Source: a virus (lineage: Duplodnaviria > Caudoviricetes). From it: DNA of 62,505 nt. This document shows positions 1 to 8,214 of the stretch, in pieces. The position numbers and the translations under genes are program-made. The stretch is from IMG/VR virus record IMGVR_UViG_3300032223_002350, positions 1 to 62,505 of that record; one strand, written 5' to 3'. Position 1 is the first letter of the stretch, and the number at the start of each line of letters is the position of its first letter. The notes below the pieces were generated by a model that was not told where the DNA came from, searched no databases, and saw only the letters and a list, made by a program, of their open reading frames with translations.

Positions 1-29
1 TGGATCTGTGTGTTCTGTGTAAATTTCAT
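1..29 (-). CDS. 5' end of a small early gene (MKIYTEHTDP...), truncated by the window edge
   Basis: ATG at 29, directly downstream of the repeated promoter at 55-110. Confidence 0.5.
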
Positions 30-54
30 AATCTTGATTTGTTTTTTAGTATGT

Positions 55-110
55 TATAAAAGTAAACAAAAAAGTTGAAAGAAAAAAGTTTTTTATCAGG
101 TATTTGTTTT
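55..110 (-). promoter_or_regulatory. repeated early promoter element, copy 1
   Basis: Coding strand reads AAAACAAATACCTGA...TTTCAA...TACTTTTATA. Further copies at 788-844, 1095-1151, 1563-1618, 2098-2154 and 2615-2671. The -7 box resembles the Bacteroidota TAnnTTTG consensus. Confidence 0.75.
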
Positions 111-126
111 TATAATGTAAAGAGTA

Positions 127-151
127 AAGCCTCCCCATATAGAGAAGGCTT
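127..151 (-). terminator. hairpin, probable intrinsic terminator after the tRNA-like RNA
   Basis: AAGCCT-N13-AGGCTT inverted repeat. Confidence 0.45.
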
Positions 152-224
152 GTAATATGTGCCAAATGATCGCAGGCGGGAATTCGACTTTGGACTTCAT
201 TTTGTACGTATACTTATTTTGTTG

Positions 225-363
225 TAGTCAGGCCAGGATTCGAACCTGTGCCAAGGGAGCGCTCCCCTATCAGTTACACAAGGTAATTACTCCTTGCTTT
301 ACCTACCGTGTAATGCTTTGTGGCCACTCTACATTACCAAAGGTCTCCTACGACCACCTGACC
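225..363 (-). ncRNA. tRNA-like structured RNA (139 nt), non-canonical
   Basis: Acceptor stem GGTCAGG/CCTGACT plus discriminator A, T-arm CAGG-TTCGAAT-CCTG, D-like hairpin GGTC-GTAGGA-GACC. The anticodon region is replaced by several hairpins. Confidence 0.7.
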
Positions 364-405
364 AATTTGAGAGTTCCACATACAAGTCACTCGCAACCTT
401 ATTCT

Positions 406-771
406 TTATGCTATCGTAATCTCCATATGAGCTTTGATATAATTGATGACATCCCCAAAACTCGAACCAGAGCATAATGTCAATCTCATTCCACCTACAT
501 CCTCTCCTGAACGATATGCTATGTATGCCTTAGCACTTGATGAATCCTCTGAGAAGATCAATTGTAGTAATGCGAGCGCTCTTGTCCAACCACTATTTGC
601 GCAATTAGGGTCGATATCAACATACATATTATCTTTTACATCTGTGATCTCTGAAGCGTAGGACTGGTTCATTCCATGTGCGGTTAGAAATGCAATGACC
701 TGTTCTCTAAGGTCATATGCCGTATATTCGTTCTTTGTCTTTGCTGATGTGCCAAATGTTATTGATTTCAT
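406..771 (-). CDS. hypothetical early protein
   Basis: 121-aa ORF immediately downstream of a promoter repeat. Confidence 0.75.
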   Translation of the reverse strand: MKSITFGTSAKTKNEYTAYDLREQVIAFLTAHGMNQSYASEITDVKDNMYVDIDPNCANSGWTRALALLQLIFSEDSSSAKAYIAYRSGEDVGGMRLTLCSGSSFGDVINYIKAHMEITIA

Positions 772-787
772 ATTGTTGTGTTGTTTT

Positions 788-844
788 TATAAAAGTAATG
801 AAAAAAATTGAAAGAAAAAAGTTTATTTTCAGGTATTTGTTTTC
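788..844 (-). promoter_or_regulatory. repeated early promoter element, copy 2
   Basis: Near-identical to 55-110 and abuts the stop codon of the upstream gene (TAA-GAAAACAAATACCTGA). Confidence 0.75.
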
Positions 845-1072
845 TTAATATTCCATCGTGATCCTGATTGCTTCGATGGTCTGGAAATAATAGTCTGGAT
901 TGATAAGAGACCTTTTACCTTCGGCATCCATCACCTTACGTATCTCCTGTTCATTCTCGAGTATGTTCTCTGTCATCGCGAGTATCCTCTCTCGAAGTAT
1001 TCCCAGCTGGATAGGATCTAAGGAGTTGATCATCTTTGTAAGCGCCTGTTTGTTTGTCAGTGTCTTTGTCAT
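845..1072 (-). CDS. hypothetical early protein
   Basis: 75-aa ORF between two promoter repeats. Confidence 0.75.
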   Translation of the reverse strand: MTKTLTNKQALTKMINSLDPIQLGILRERILAMTENILENEQEIRKVMDAEGKRSLINPDYYFQTIEAIRITMEY

Positions 1073-1151
1073 AACCTTTAGTTGTTTAGTGTGAAGTAAA
1101 TATACAACATAAAATTGAAAGTGGGTAACTTTTTGTTGTATATTTGTTTTC

Positions 1152-1544
1152 TTACTTTAAAGTTAATATAAAGTCTCCCAGCAAATTACGATAGGTTATT
1201 TTATATATTGAGTTTGTTTTTATTATTTCAGATTTTTCTATATCTGAAATTTTAATAAATTCAAATCTTTTGCCTTTATGCCACTTTGGTTGTGTTATAT
1301 TTTCAAATTCAGACAATGAAATATTATTTATATCTGAAACTTCAATCGACGTATGCCATATTTTTCTATATCGTTCTTTAAATTCTAAAGTAAGAGGAGA
1401 TATAGCATACAATCCTACTTTATTTTTGTTGGTTTTATGGGTATATAATATATAATAATGACATACTGTAGTCAATTTCCCATCAATTTCTCTTTCAAAT
1501 AATATTTTAAAAATGTCGCCGATTTTGAATGTTTCCTGCATCAT
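1152..1544 (-). CDS. hypothetical early protein (very AT-rich)
   Basis: 130-aa ORF between promoter repeats. Confidence 0.7.
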   Translation of the reverse strand: MMQETFKIGDIFKILFEREIDGKLTTVCHYYILYTHKTNKNKVGLYAISPLTLEFKERYRKIWHTSIEVSDINNISLSEFENITQPKWHKGKRFEFIKISDIEKSEIIKTNSIYKITYRNLLGDFILTLK

Positions 1545-1685
1545 GCTGTTGTTGTTTGTTTAGATAAATGTACTAAAAATTTTTGACACTTGAAAGTTAT
1601 TTCTCAAGTATTTGTTTCCATGATGTCAGAAAACAAATATACGTTCAAAGTCTTTCTCGTGTCGAGTATTTCGTGTACTTTTATA

Positions 1686-1812
1686 ATGCTGAAGCCGCAA
1701 GCTCATCGGGTCAGAAGTCACAAGCTTCTAATAGGGTATACTCCAACCTACGGGTAACCCTCGGACACCTCGATCCATAAGGAATCCCACACACGGAAGT
1801 ATGCAGGATTTC
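1686..1812 (+). ncRNA. putative small RNA A (antisense transcription unit)
   Basis: Inverted promoter copy at 1629-1685 (GAAAACAAATA...TACTTTTATA), a GC-rich body and a downstream AATCC...GGATT hairpin. Paralogous to 2221-2353. Confidence 0.5.
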
Positions 1813-1835
1813 ACATATATGAAACGTCTTATATA

Positions 1836-2075
1836 TTACTTTTCTTCCATATACATTGCCATATCGTCCTCATCGGCATAGAATATCTCGGCCAACATAT
1901 AACGGAGATCTTCATCTGTGCCTGTAAATTGAACCACCGGATTTCCCCCACCTGGTCCGTGCCAATTTAAAACGTTTAGTAATATGTTTCTCTTTTCCAA
2001 AAGACCCCAGAACCTCTGATCTTCTTTTTCGCTGTCTGTGAATGGAATGCAATCCATCTTGATCGTTTTTTTCAT
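1836..2075 (-). CDS. hypothetical early protein (GPGGGNP motif)
   Basis: 79-aa ORF behind the promoter repeat at 2098-2154. Confidence 0.75.
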   Translation of the reverse strand: MKKTIKMDCIPFTDSEKEDQRFWGLLEKRNILLNVLNWHGPGGGNPVVQFTGTDEDLRYMLAEIFYADEDDMAMYMEEK

Positions 2076-2220
2076 TGTGTATTGTTGTTTGGTATGTTAT
2101 AAATGTACTGAATTCTTTTGACTTAAAAAAACTTTTTGTCAGGTATTTGTTTTCTTAATGTATAAAAACAAATATATATCCAATTGCTTTCGAGTGTCGT
2201 TTATTTTATGTACATTTACT

Positions 2221-2353
2221 AAGTATCAAGCATCGCACGCCAGCGGCCACTGAAGGGACGGTCTGAGGAACGGGAGGTATACTCCGACCTGCGAGATGCC
2301 CTCGGTGATCACGGTCCATAAAAAATCCCACACACTGAATGATATGTAGGATT
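2221..2353 (+). ncRNA. putative small RNA B (antisense transcription unit)
   Basis: Inverted promoter copy at 2165-2220 (AAAACAAATA...TACATTTA). Shares GGTATACTCC-ACCT, CCCTCGG, TCCATAA and AATCCCACAC with unit A. Confidence 0.5.
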
Positions 2354-2378
2354 TCTCTTATATGAATTTCCTTATATA

Positions 2379-2612
2379 TTAAATCAACTCCATATCAGTT
2401 TCGCATGCGGATAATTTTCCATATAGATAATCTAGATCCGTCAACCAGCAATGTATGCCATCCTCATTCTGGCTAGAATATCCAGTTATCGTAGTTGTTT
2501 TTCCAACGTATTCATTGAAATAATCATACGTATACCCGTCATCTTCGATTAAATCTTTATGTGTGTTTTTTGTGATGATGACCTTGTCGCCAATTTTGAA
2601 TTTCATTTCCAT
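2379..2612 (-). CDS. small beta-barrel (KOW/SH3-like) phage protein
   Basis: N-terminal KFKIGDKVII motif, with promoter repeat at 2615-2671. Confidence 0.7.
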   Translation of the reverse strand: MEMKFKIGDKVIITKNTHKDLIEDDGYTYDYFNEYVGKTTTITGYSSQNEDGIHCWLTDLDYLYGKLSACETDMELI

Positions 2613-2687
2613 GTTATAAATTTACACGATTCTTGTGATATAAAAAAGCTTTTCTTCAGGTATTTGTTTTCTTAATCTGTAATCATA

Positions 2688-2924
2688 TCATATTCGCATA
2701 TCATCAAATATAGTATCTCCTAATGTATATATGATATCCATTGCTGAATCGAATCCGTAATTTAATTCTCTTCTTACTTCTAAACAACCCTGGGCTTGTA
2801 GTTCACTATTAAGTAATATACTCATAATAGGATGATGTAAAAATACCTTTTTCAATTTTAATACCTTTTTTGTTTCTGGATACCTTTTTTGTTTTAAAAG
2901 CCAGATATTTATAGATGATACCAC
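2688..2924 (-). CDS. hypothetical protein (start uncertain)
   Basis: 78-aa ORF whose 5' part overlaps the ATACCTTTTT repeats. Confidence 0.35.
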   Translation of the reverse strand: MVSSINIWLLKQKRYPETKKVLKLKKVFLHHPIMSILLNSELQAQGCLEVRRELNYGFDSAMDIIYTLGDTIFDDMRI

Positions 2925-3350
2925 TGTTCAACCAGTATTGTTAGTATTTCCAATTGGCGCAGCGTAGTCCTTAGTAAACCGAGCTAGTCTCATTCTGAAA
3001 CGGATCAATAAGAAAGAAGCAAGACAGTTACACGTATCACTTGAATAAAATACCTTTTTTGATTTGCAGGGGTCTAGTCAGTGCCTGTTAAATTTTTTTT
3101 TATTGTGATGTCAGTAATGTTAAAAGCATCCACCATAACCAAATAGAAATGCAAATGAATACTGGAACTGCAATGCGTGTTGGTTTTAAATCGTTAGGAT
3201 CACCATACCCGTTCTTTAGCTCGATGTACATTTTTATTACTACTGGTGTTAATACTGTTACTGCGATAGCTACGGCAGCCGTGATTATTATTAATAGTAC
3301 TTTCATATTATAAATGTAATGAAAATAGTTGAGAAAATACCTTTTTTGTT
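2841..3350. repeat. dispersed ATACCTTTTT motif, 5 copies
   Basis: Copies near 2843, 2861, 2880, 3050 and 3337. Confidence 0.6.
3100..3306 (-). CDS. small membrane protein (2 TM)
   Basis: Two hydrophobic stretches, promoter-like box at 3308-3335. Confidence 0.7.
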   Translation of the reverse strand: MKVLLIIITAAVAIAVTVLTPVVIKMYIELKNGYGDPNDLKPTRIAVPVFICISIWLWWMLLTLLTSQ

Positions 3351-4150
3351 TTGTGTGATGGTATATGTCTGGTACTTCGGAGTTAGATTTTTCCCTGGAA
3401 GTATCTCTCTCTTACCGCGTTCAACTTCATAACTTACTAGGCTCTCTTACTTTTCCACTCTTATACCTGATTATCTGGCCCGTGTATATTGACCATCTCC
3501 AATACCACAAGTTTCTTTTCTTTACTGCCCTTTTATTGTGTCTACTATTCTCTTCATATATAATTAGCGCTATGCAATGATTCTAGATCGAGCAGTCTAA
3601 TGCGCGGGTCGCGAAGCATCCAGTATTCTGATTTTATATAATATATATTTAGGTGTGTTAACGTTAATCCTAGTCTATTATTCAGTGCCCATATACTAAT
3701 AGAGCGCGCAGCTTGAGTATCCTGTTGTAATATCTATTTGTTTCATGCTGGGTTTATTCTATAGTGCGCGGCTAGAGCGATTGTTGTTTGTCTCGGCTTA
3801 ATGTTATTAGTGGTATTATTTTTGAACTCATTGTTGTCATTAGGTATTTCTCTATCTCTTTATTACTATCAAGATATCTCATTGTTAATAGTGTGGGTGT
3901 TACTTGTGCTATTATCGATATTATTTCTATTGGTTTCATTGAGCTAAAAGTATGCCTTTTTATTGATCTATAAAAGAAAAAGTGCAAAGTCTTAATGAAA
4001 TTGCACTTAATATTTGGTGTACTGTACGTTAGTTTCTGGAGCTATATCTTCATATTCTATTGATGATTCTCTTCGTTTTAAGCGATATCGATAGAATAGA
4101 AATAATACAAAAATAAATAGAATAATTAATCCAATCATTAGCATAAAATA

Positions 4151-4345
4151 TTAATCTTCTGATTCGTATGATTCTTTTATTGATTGTACATAAAATTCCA
4201 TTGCTTGATCTGTACTTGACGATTGTGGTTTCTTACCTATTGTTTGATTAAGGCACTCTGTATATCCAAGAGATCTGCCATATTCTAATGCGTCTTTTAT
4301 TTCTTCTAAGACGTCTTCAAGAGTAACTACTATTAATTCTTCCAT
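4151..4345 (-). CDS. hypothetical protein
   Basis: 64-aa acidic ORF in the minus-strand run. Confidence 0.65.
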   Translation of the reverse strand: MEELIVVTLEDVLEEIKDALEYGRSLGYTECLNQTIGKKPQSSSTDQAMEFYVQSIKESYESED

Positions 4346-4360
4346 GTGTGATGTTTGGTT

Positions 4361-4546
4361 TTATTCTTCATCATGTAATACAAGACCGGATGACATATTA
4401 CCACCTTGCTCAGAAAGATTAGTATGTCCTTTTTCAATTAGCTCTAACATCTTCTTTTTAATCTCTTTTATTGATGTTCCATATTGCTTTAGCTGATCTT
4501 GTTCATCTAGGCTTAATCCCTTCATGCTTTCTTTAACGTATGACAT
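4361..4546 (-). CDS. hypothetical late protein
   Basis: 61-aa ORF with the ATATTTAT motif at 4563-4570 upstream. Confidence 0.65.
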   Translation of the reverse strand: MSYVKESMKGLSLDEQDQLKQYGTSIKEIKKKMLELIEKGHTNLSEQGGNMSSGLVLHDEE

Positions 4547-4559
4547 TGCAGTATTATTT

Positions 4560-4796
4560 TTAATAAATATCTGATAGAGGAGAAGATTTCAACCTATCTA
4601 TTTCTTGTGCTAATTTAGGATCTCGTATGACTTGTATTGATGATACCTCTTCACTCTCTTTGCCCTCTGTGACTATTAAACCTACAAATTTTTTGGTTTC
4701 TGAGTGGTTAACGCATGTGTCTTTATATCCAAGTTGAACTCTTTTGGGATGAATGACTGTGTTGCAAATTTTACAATAATGATTTAATTCTTCCAT
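4560..4796 (-). CDS. DksA/TraR-like zinc-finger protein
   Basis: CxxC-x3-I-x3-R...TCxxH pattern (CKICNTVIHPKRVQLGYKDTCVNH). Confidence 0.55.
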   Translation of the reverse strand: MEELNHYCKICNTVIHPKRVQLGYKDTCVNHSETKKFVGLIVTEGKESEEVSSIQVIRDPKLAQEIDRLKSSPLSDIY

Positions 4797-4855
4797 TGAT
4801 CTATAACTATTTGTTTATATAGTAAATGTAAACTTTATTTTTGATAAGATAAAAA

Positions 4856-4975
4856 CTATCTCTTGCGTTCCTCTTGCTTAGTCCAATATCTTGCCATTTT
4901 ATTATTCTTTTTCTTTAATGATAAAATTATAAGTGTGGCAAAAAATAGTATGTAAACGTAATAATTCAATAACAT
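4856..4975 (-). CDS. small membrane peptide (39 aa)
   Basis: Manual translation MLLNYYVYILFFATLIILSLKKKNNKMARYWTKQEERKR; below the ORF-track cutoff. Confidence 0.4.
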   Translation of the reverse strand: MLLNYYVYILFFATLIILSLKKKNNKMARYWTKQEERKR

Positions 4976-4979
4976 AATT

Positions 4980-5300
4980 TTATTTTCTTTCAGCAATCAT
5001 GAAATTTAATATAGTCTTTTGTAACTCATTTAAGGCTTGAGTATTATCCTGTATTAATTTCGACATTCTATCTCTTTCTTCTATAAGTAAATCGTTCATT
5101 TCTTGTTGAACTCGATCTATTCTTTCTTCCAGCATCTCATTTCTTTCTACCAATTTCTGATATTGCTGAAATGCTACATAAGCCAATACAACCGTAATTA
5201 CACCTAGAATTCCATATTGAAGGACATAATTTTGTATTCCTTCTGTATTAGTTGGTACTAGAGAATTAGAAGGAAGAGAGTCTAATAAAAATCTAAGCAT
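4980..5300 (-). CDS. holin-like membrane protein (1 TM plus coiled coil)
   Basis: QYGILGVITVVLAYVA TM followed by a coiled coil, BhlA/UviB-like architecture. Late motif at 5322-5329. Confidence 0.5.
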   Translation of the reverse strand: MLRFLLDSLPSNSLVPTNTEGIQNYVLQYGILGVITVVLAYVAFQQYQKLVERNEMLEERIDRVQQEMNDLLIEERDRMSKLIQDNTQALNELQKTILNFMIAERK

Positions 5301-5333
5301 TTGGTGAAATATTTACTATCAATAAATATCGGA

Positions 5334-5483
5334 CTATTTACTTGATTTATAATATTCTATTAATCCTTTAGTATAAATTTTTAAATTTCCTATCTTTAAA
5401 TCTATTCCATTAAAAGTTAGATAGAATGTAAATAAGATAAATGATATTATCCTAATGACGTTTAACTTATTGATCTTTTTCAT
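5334..5483 (-). CDS. small membrane protein (49 aa)
   Basis: Manual translation MKKINKLNVIRIISFILFTFYLTFNGIDL...; ATGA overlap with the upstream ORF. Confidence 0.5.
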   Translation of the reverse strand: MKKINKLNVIRIISFILFTFYLTFNGIDLKIGNLKIYTKGLIEYYKSSK

Positions 5484-5677
5484 AATTTTGTATTTTGGAG
5501 CTGTGAACTGAGCTGTGAATAGAGCTGCCTGTTGAGCTGTGAATTGAGCTGTGAATAGAGCTGTGAATCGAGCTGTGAATAGAGCTGCCTGTTGAGCTGT
5601 GAATTGAGCTGCCAGTAGAGCTGTGAATAGAGCTGTGAATCGAGCTGCCTGTTGAGCTGTGAACTTATTTGTTTCAT
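5480..5677 (-). CDS. stand-alone QL tetrapeptide-repeat protein 1
   Basis: About 14 units of 12 nt, CAGCTC-NNN-NNN, encoding QL(N/D/Y)(S/R/W). Confidence 0.7.
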   Translation of the reverse strand: MKQISSQLNRQLDSQLYSQLYWQLNSQLNRQLYSQLDSQLYSQLNSQLNRQLYSQLSSQLQNTKL

Positions 5678-5679
5678 AT

Positions 5680-5880
5680 TTACTTACGGTCTTTATACCA
5701 TGGATTTACTTTACTATTCTTCTGTATTCTTGATCCTACTTTGTATAAAAAAGACCAACTATTAAATTCAATCTGTGATTCTGGATAACACGTTTTAAAA
5801 CTTGGGTGCTTATCGATGATATTATCTCCTTTTGTGGAGATTCCAAATATAATATGTTTTATAATACTCATAACTTTCAT
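5680..5880 (-). CDS. hypothetical protein
   Basis: 66-aa ORF sharing the MKVM start with 5897-6100. Confidence 0.65.
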   Translation of the reverse strand: MKVMSIIKHIIFGISTKGDNIIDKHPSFKTCYPESQIEFNSWSFLYKVGSRIQKNSKVNPWYKDRK

Positions 5881-5896
5881 TTTTTTAATTAATAAA

Positions 5897-6100
5897 TCAA
5901 ACTATGATAGAGAGCTGTGAACCGAGCTGTGAATCGAGCTGTGAACTGAGCTGTAAATCGAGCTCTATATAGAGCTGTGACCAGAGCTGTGACCTGAGCT
6001 GTGAATCGAGCTGTGACCTGAGCTGTGACCAGAGCTGTGAACCGAGCTGTGAATCGAGCTGTGACCAGAGCTGTGAATTTATTTGCTTCATAACTTTCAT
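5897..6100 (-). CDS. stand-alone QL tetrapeptide-repeat protein 2
   Basis: About 14 units of 12 nt, CAGCTC-NNN-TCA, encoding QL(W/D/G/R)S. Confidence 0.7.
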   Translation of the reverse strand: MKVMKQINSQLWSQLDSQLGSQLWSQLRSQLDSQLRSQLWSQLYIELDLQLSSQLDSQLGSQLSIIV

Positions 6101-6151
6101 TTTAAAATAATACTACTAATAAGATCGCATCCTACGTTGCCTTAATTATTC

Positions 6152-7174
6152 CTAAGATCTCATATCAAATTTATACTCTTCAGCTGTCAATCTACTAAGA
6201 GAAGCAATTGCAGCAATAGCATCTGTATGATGGGGTTGTACTCCTTGAAGATATTGAGTACCTGTTGAAGGACATATCATCTTGACCCACGCAAAAGGTT
6301 GATTATCTATTTCTTCAAATGTCTCATCTGTCTTTAGTAGTGTGACTTCTTCAAGATCTCCATTCGAATGAACTATCGTCTGCTTATCAATCTCTTTTGC
6401 ACCAAGAAGATCCATAACCCCCTTTTGTCCAAGAATCTCATACCATGCTCCTTTATAGTCTGAGTTACGCTCTTTTACAAATTCTTCACGTGTAAGTGAT
6501 TTTGCTTTATTAAAAATATCTGCTGGAATATGACGACCATTGATATAGTAACAATCATCCCAAGCTGTACAAGGGTATGTGCTATTCCAAGTTACTGCTT
6601 GATATGCTGGGTTATGCAAAAGATTAGCTGCATTACGCACAATCTTTGTTGGATATTTACTTACAATGCAAACTTCTTCACAGAATATCGCAGAGTAGAT
6701 ATTTGCTTTCCAGTTAAGAGCCTCGAGCTCATTCAATTCTTTTGCTGCACCAGTAGTCTCAATCTTAAATTCATCTTGGATAAATTTGTACCAAGTATAA
6801 TAGTATCTTGCGTATATACCAATTGCAAATAAAGAAGATTCTACGAATTTCATCTGGCCTTTATTGGCTTTGATAAATTTAGCTAAGTCTTTTTCTGGGA
6901 TATTAGAGATACTTTCAGCAACTGTTTCTATCATATTCTCATTCTCAACAAGATAATGATATAAAATCTTTGCTTCGAGAGGATTCTCTACTACGATAAG
7001 ATGTTTTGGACGAGGCTTCTCTGCCATATCATATAGCTTATTAACTATACCAAGAGCAGCCTCTTTGTCAAATGTGTTATAATTCTTACCATCAAATACA
7101 CCGTCGAGAGCGTGATCGATATAATTCGGTATACGAGCCTTAATTTCATCAGTAAATTGGTCGAGAGTGATCAT
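6152..7174 (-). CDS. DUF6745-like protein
   Basis: EEVCIVSKYP...LLHN...AVTW...YYINGRHIP and C-terminal WVKMICPSTGTQY motifs typical of this family. Confidence 0.65.
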   Translation of the reverse strand: MITLDQFTDEIKARIPNYIDHALDGVFDGKNYNTFDKEAALGIVNKLYDMAEKPRPKHLIVVENPLEAKILYHYLVENENMIETVAESISNIPEKDLAKFIKANKGQMKFVESSLFAIGIYARYYYTWYKFIQDEFKIETTGAAKELNELEALNWKANIYSAIFCEEVCIVSKYPTKIVRNAANLLHNPAYQAVTWNSTYPCTAWDDCYYINGRHIPADIFNKAKSLTREEFVKERNSDYKGAWYEILGQKGVMDLLGAKEIDKQTIVHSNGDLEEVTLLKTDETFEEIDNQPFAWVKMICPSTGTQYLQGVQPHHTDAIAAIASLSRLTAEEYKFDMRS

Positions 7175-7277
7175 AAAACCTTGATTGTTTTTTTGGTCAA
7201 GGGGTCAATCTTTATTGATTGTCCTTGATAAAAGTAATAAAAACCTTTGAGATATTGTAGTTTAAGTTTAAAATAAA

Positions 7278-7649
7278 TTAATCTATAACAGCTATCATTA
7301 ATTTTTCATAAGGATTCCAGGAATTTTGAATCCAAAATTCATATGTACCACTTGGAATATGAATTGGATTATGATCTGCTTTCTGTAATTCCTTAGTAGA
7401 TACCCAATCTTTTTCTTGGAAATATGATTCATGGATATGTTGCAATGTTGCTCCATCTCCACCTACTGCTGCAAAGAATGTTCCATCATCTGCCATAAAT
7501 AATTCAACGTCTCCAGTCAAGCAATGCTGATGTCCAGAATGTTCACCATAAGCTAGTGGTTGGTTTTTAACCCTTTTCAGATTCTTTGGAAGTTCTGATA
7601 ATTGGCGAAATTGTACGTCACCTTGATGACCTTTAATTAATTTATTCAT
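7278..7649 (-). CDS. QGDV / GExxGHxH cupin-like protein, usual partner of DUF6745
   Basis: HQGDV, LAYGEHSGHQH and HNPIHIPSGTYE motifs. Confidence 0.65.
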   Translation of the reverse strand: MNKLIKGHQGDVQFRQLSELPKNLKRVKNQPLAYGEHSGHQHCLTGDVELFMADDGTFFAAVGGDGATLQHIHESYFQEKDWVSTKELQKADHNPIHIPSGTYEFWIQNSWNPYEKLMIAVID

Positions 7650-7743
7650 GATATTTTATTTTTAGTATGTTATAAATGTAATGAAATTTCTTGAGATTTT
7701 GTAATCTATCTTCTAAGTAATAAATATCTATTATTTCTAAAAA

Positions 7744-7778
7744 AAGACCTACCAGATTTTAATGTCTGATAGGTCTTT
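7744..7778 (-). terminator. intrinsic terminator
   Basis: AAAGACCTA.CAGA/TCTG.TAGGTCTTT hairpin followed by a U-run on the minus strand. Confidence 0.75.
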
Positions 7779-7797
7779 GCATAATTCGATCTTTAAC

Positions 7798-8031
7798 TTA
7801 GATCATTTCAGAGTTGGCTTTACGACCACGAACCATATCAAATGCTTCGTTCATAATACGCTCATTGAACTCTTTACCAGCAATAACATCGCTGCAGTGA
7901 GTTAAAGAATACCCCGTGCGATTTGCTACGCGAGTGATGTCACCTTTACGGATACGACGATTGGCAATTACTGCCTTTTGAATGTACGTACGAGACTGAT
8001 AGCTCGTAGGACGGTTACTTGTGTTTCTCAT
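7798..8031 (-). CDS. HTH DNA-binding protein
   Basis: GDITRVANRTGYSLTHCSDVIAG HTH pattern, with its own promoter and terminator. Confidence 0.65.
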   Translation of the reverse strand: MRNTSNRPTSYQSRTYIQKAVIANRRIRKGDITRVANRTGYSLTHCSDVIAGKEFNERIMNEAFDMVRGRKANSEMI

Positions 8032-8214
8032 TTTTGAACACTTTATTTGGTTAACAATAGATACAATATAAAAGTAAGCGATTTTTGCATGATTTGAAAG
8101 CTTTTATTTAAAGTGATCAGATATTTTTTATTCTGATGTGTGCTTTATTTAGTTGCTATCATCATCGCTATATTATAAAAGTAATAAAAAGGTTTGACTT
8201 CTGAAAGTTTATAT

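Noticed and set aside
225-363. Canonical tRNA or tmRNA
   Set aside because: No anticodon arm in register, and too short for tmRNA with no tag frame.
2260-2300. Hammerhead ribozyme in small RNA B (CTGAGGA)
   Set aside because: No GAAA core follows stem II, and the paralogous unit lacks CTGANGA.
3772-3987. Minus-strand ORF in the gene-poor region
   Set aside because: No motif or clear promoter, and it overlaps an equally weak plus-strand ORF, so it cannot be supported.
5497-6077. 12-bp repeat tracts as a CRISPR array
   Set aside because: The period is 12 nt with no unique spacers, and the tracts are in-frame coding repeats. The only Cas4-like gene is an ordinary phage PD-(D/E)XK exonuclease 19 kb away.
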